Assembly: GCA_964499175.1 (NCBI GenBank)
Contig: CAZCIQ010000005.1
Span: 12,331 to 37,607 of the forward strand
Length of the DNA: 25,277 bases
Direction of reading: 5' to 3'
DNA from: an uncultured Candidatus Saccharibacteria bacterium
Lineage (GTDB): Bacteria; Patescibacteriota; Minisyncoccia; CAZCIQ01
Each line of letters begins with the position of its first letter. Within the stretch, counting starts at the first letter, position 1. Made by a program: the position numbers and the translations under genes. Under the pieces are notes generated by a model that was not told where the DNA came from, did not search any database, and saw only the letters and a list, made by a program, of their open reading frames with translations. Positions 25,238-25,277 of the stretch are shown piece by piece.

Positions 25238-25277
25238 CCTGAACCGCACCAGTCATCTTTCCTAAAACAAAAACTTC

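Noticed and set aside
1-25277. A CRISPR array or tandem-repeat array
   Set aside because: No regularly spaced direct repeats were found. The only tandem repeat is the in-frame 15-bp duplication at 9895-9924.

Overview
This is an AT-rich window (about one-third GC by eye) that looks like a chromosomal replication-origin neighbourhood of a small-genome, Patescibacteria/CPR-like or Firmicutes-like bacterium. The origin side carries rpmH-rnpA-yidC-jag on the minus strand (18842-20519). These diverge from dnaA (20734-22092) and dnaN (22366-23499), with consensus DnaA boxes between rpmH and dnaA. Upstream of the origin (121-18832) is a Gram-positive/CPR-style type IV secretion (T4SS)-like cluster. 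It contains a VirB6/TrbL-like polytopic membrane protein with a very long C-terminal tail, a PrgI/VirB3-like small membrane protein, a VirB4-family ATPase, a VirB2/TrbC-like pilin candidate and several secreted or membrane-anchored hypothetical proteins. No relaxase or VirD4 coupling ATPase lies in the window. The most striking observation is that the VirB4 ATPase is encoded in two pieces. The N-terminal ~200 aa is at 8108-8716 and the Walker A/B ATPase body is at ~13598-15403. They are separated by a 4.9-kb, five-gene module that lies mostly on the opposite strand. The module encodes an SPFH/band-7 protein, a TM coiled-coil protein, an HExxH putative metallopeptidase, a 487-aa acidic protein and an 85-aa protein. 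It has its own promoters, terminators and canonical AAGGAGG ribosome-binding sites, which the flanking genes lack. Several structured intergenic elements are present: a 27-bp perfect inverted repeat behind an extended -10 promoter (candidate sRNA), nested inverted repeats in a divergent promoter region, and paired palindromic units. No CRISPR array, rRNA or tRNA was seen. All functional calls rest on motif and family recognition by eye, with no database search.
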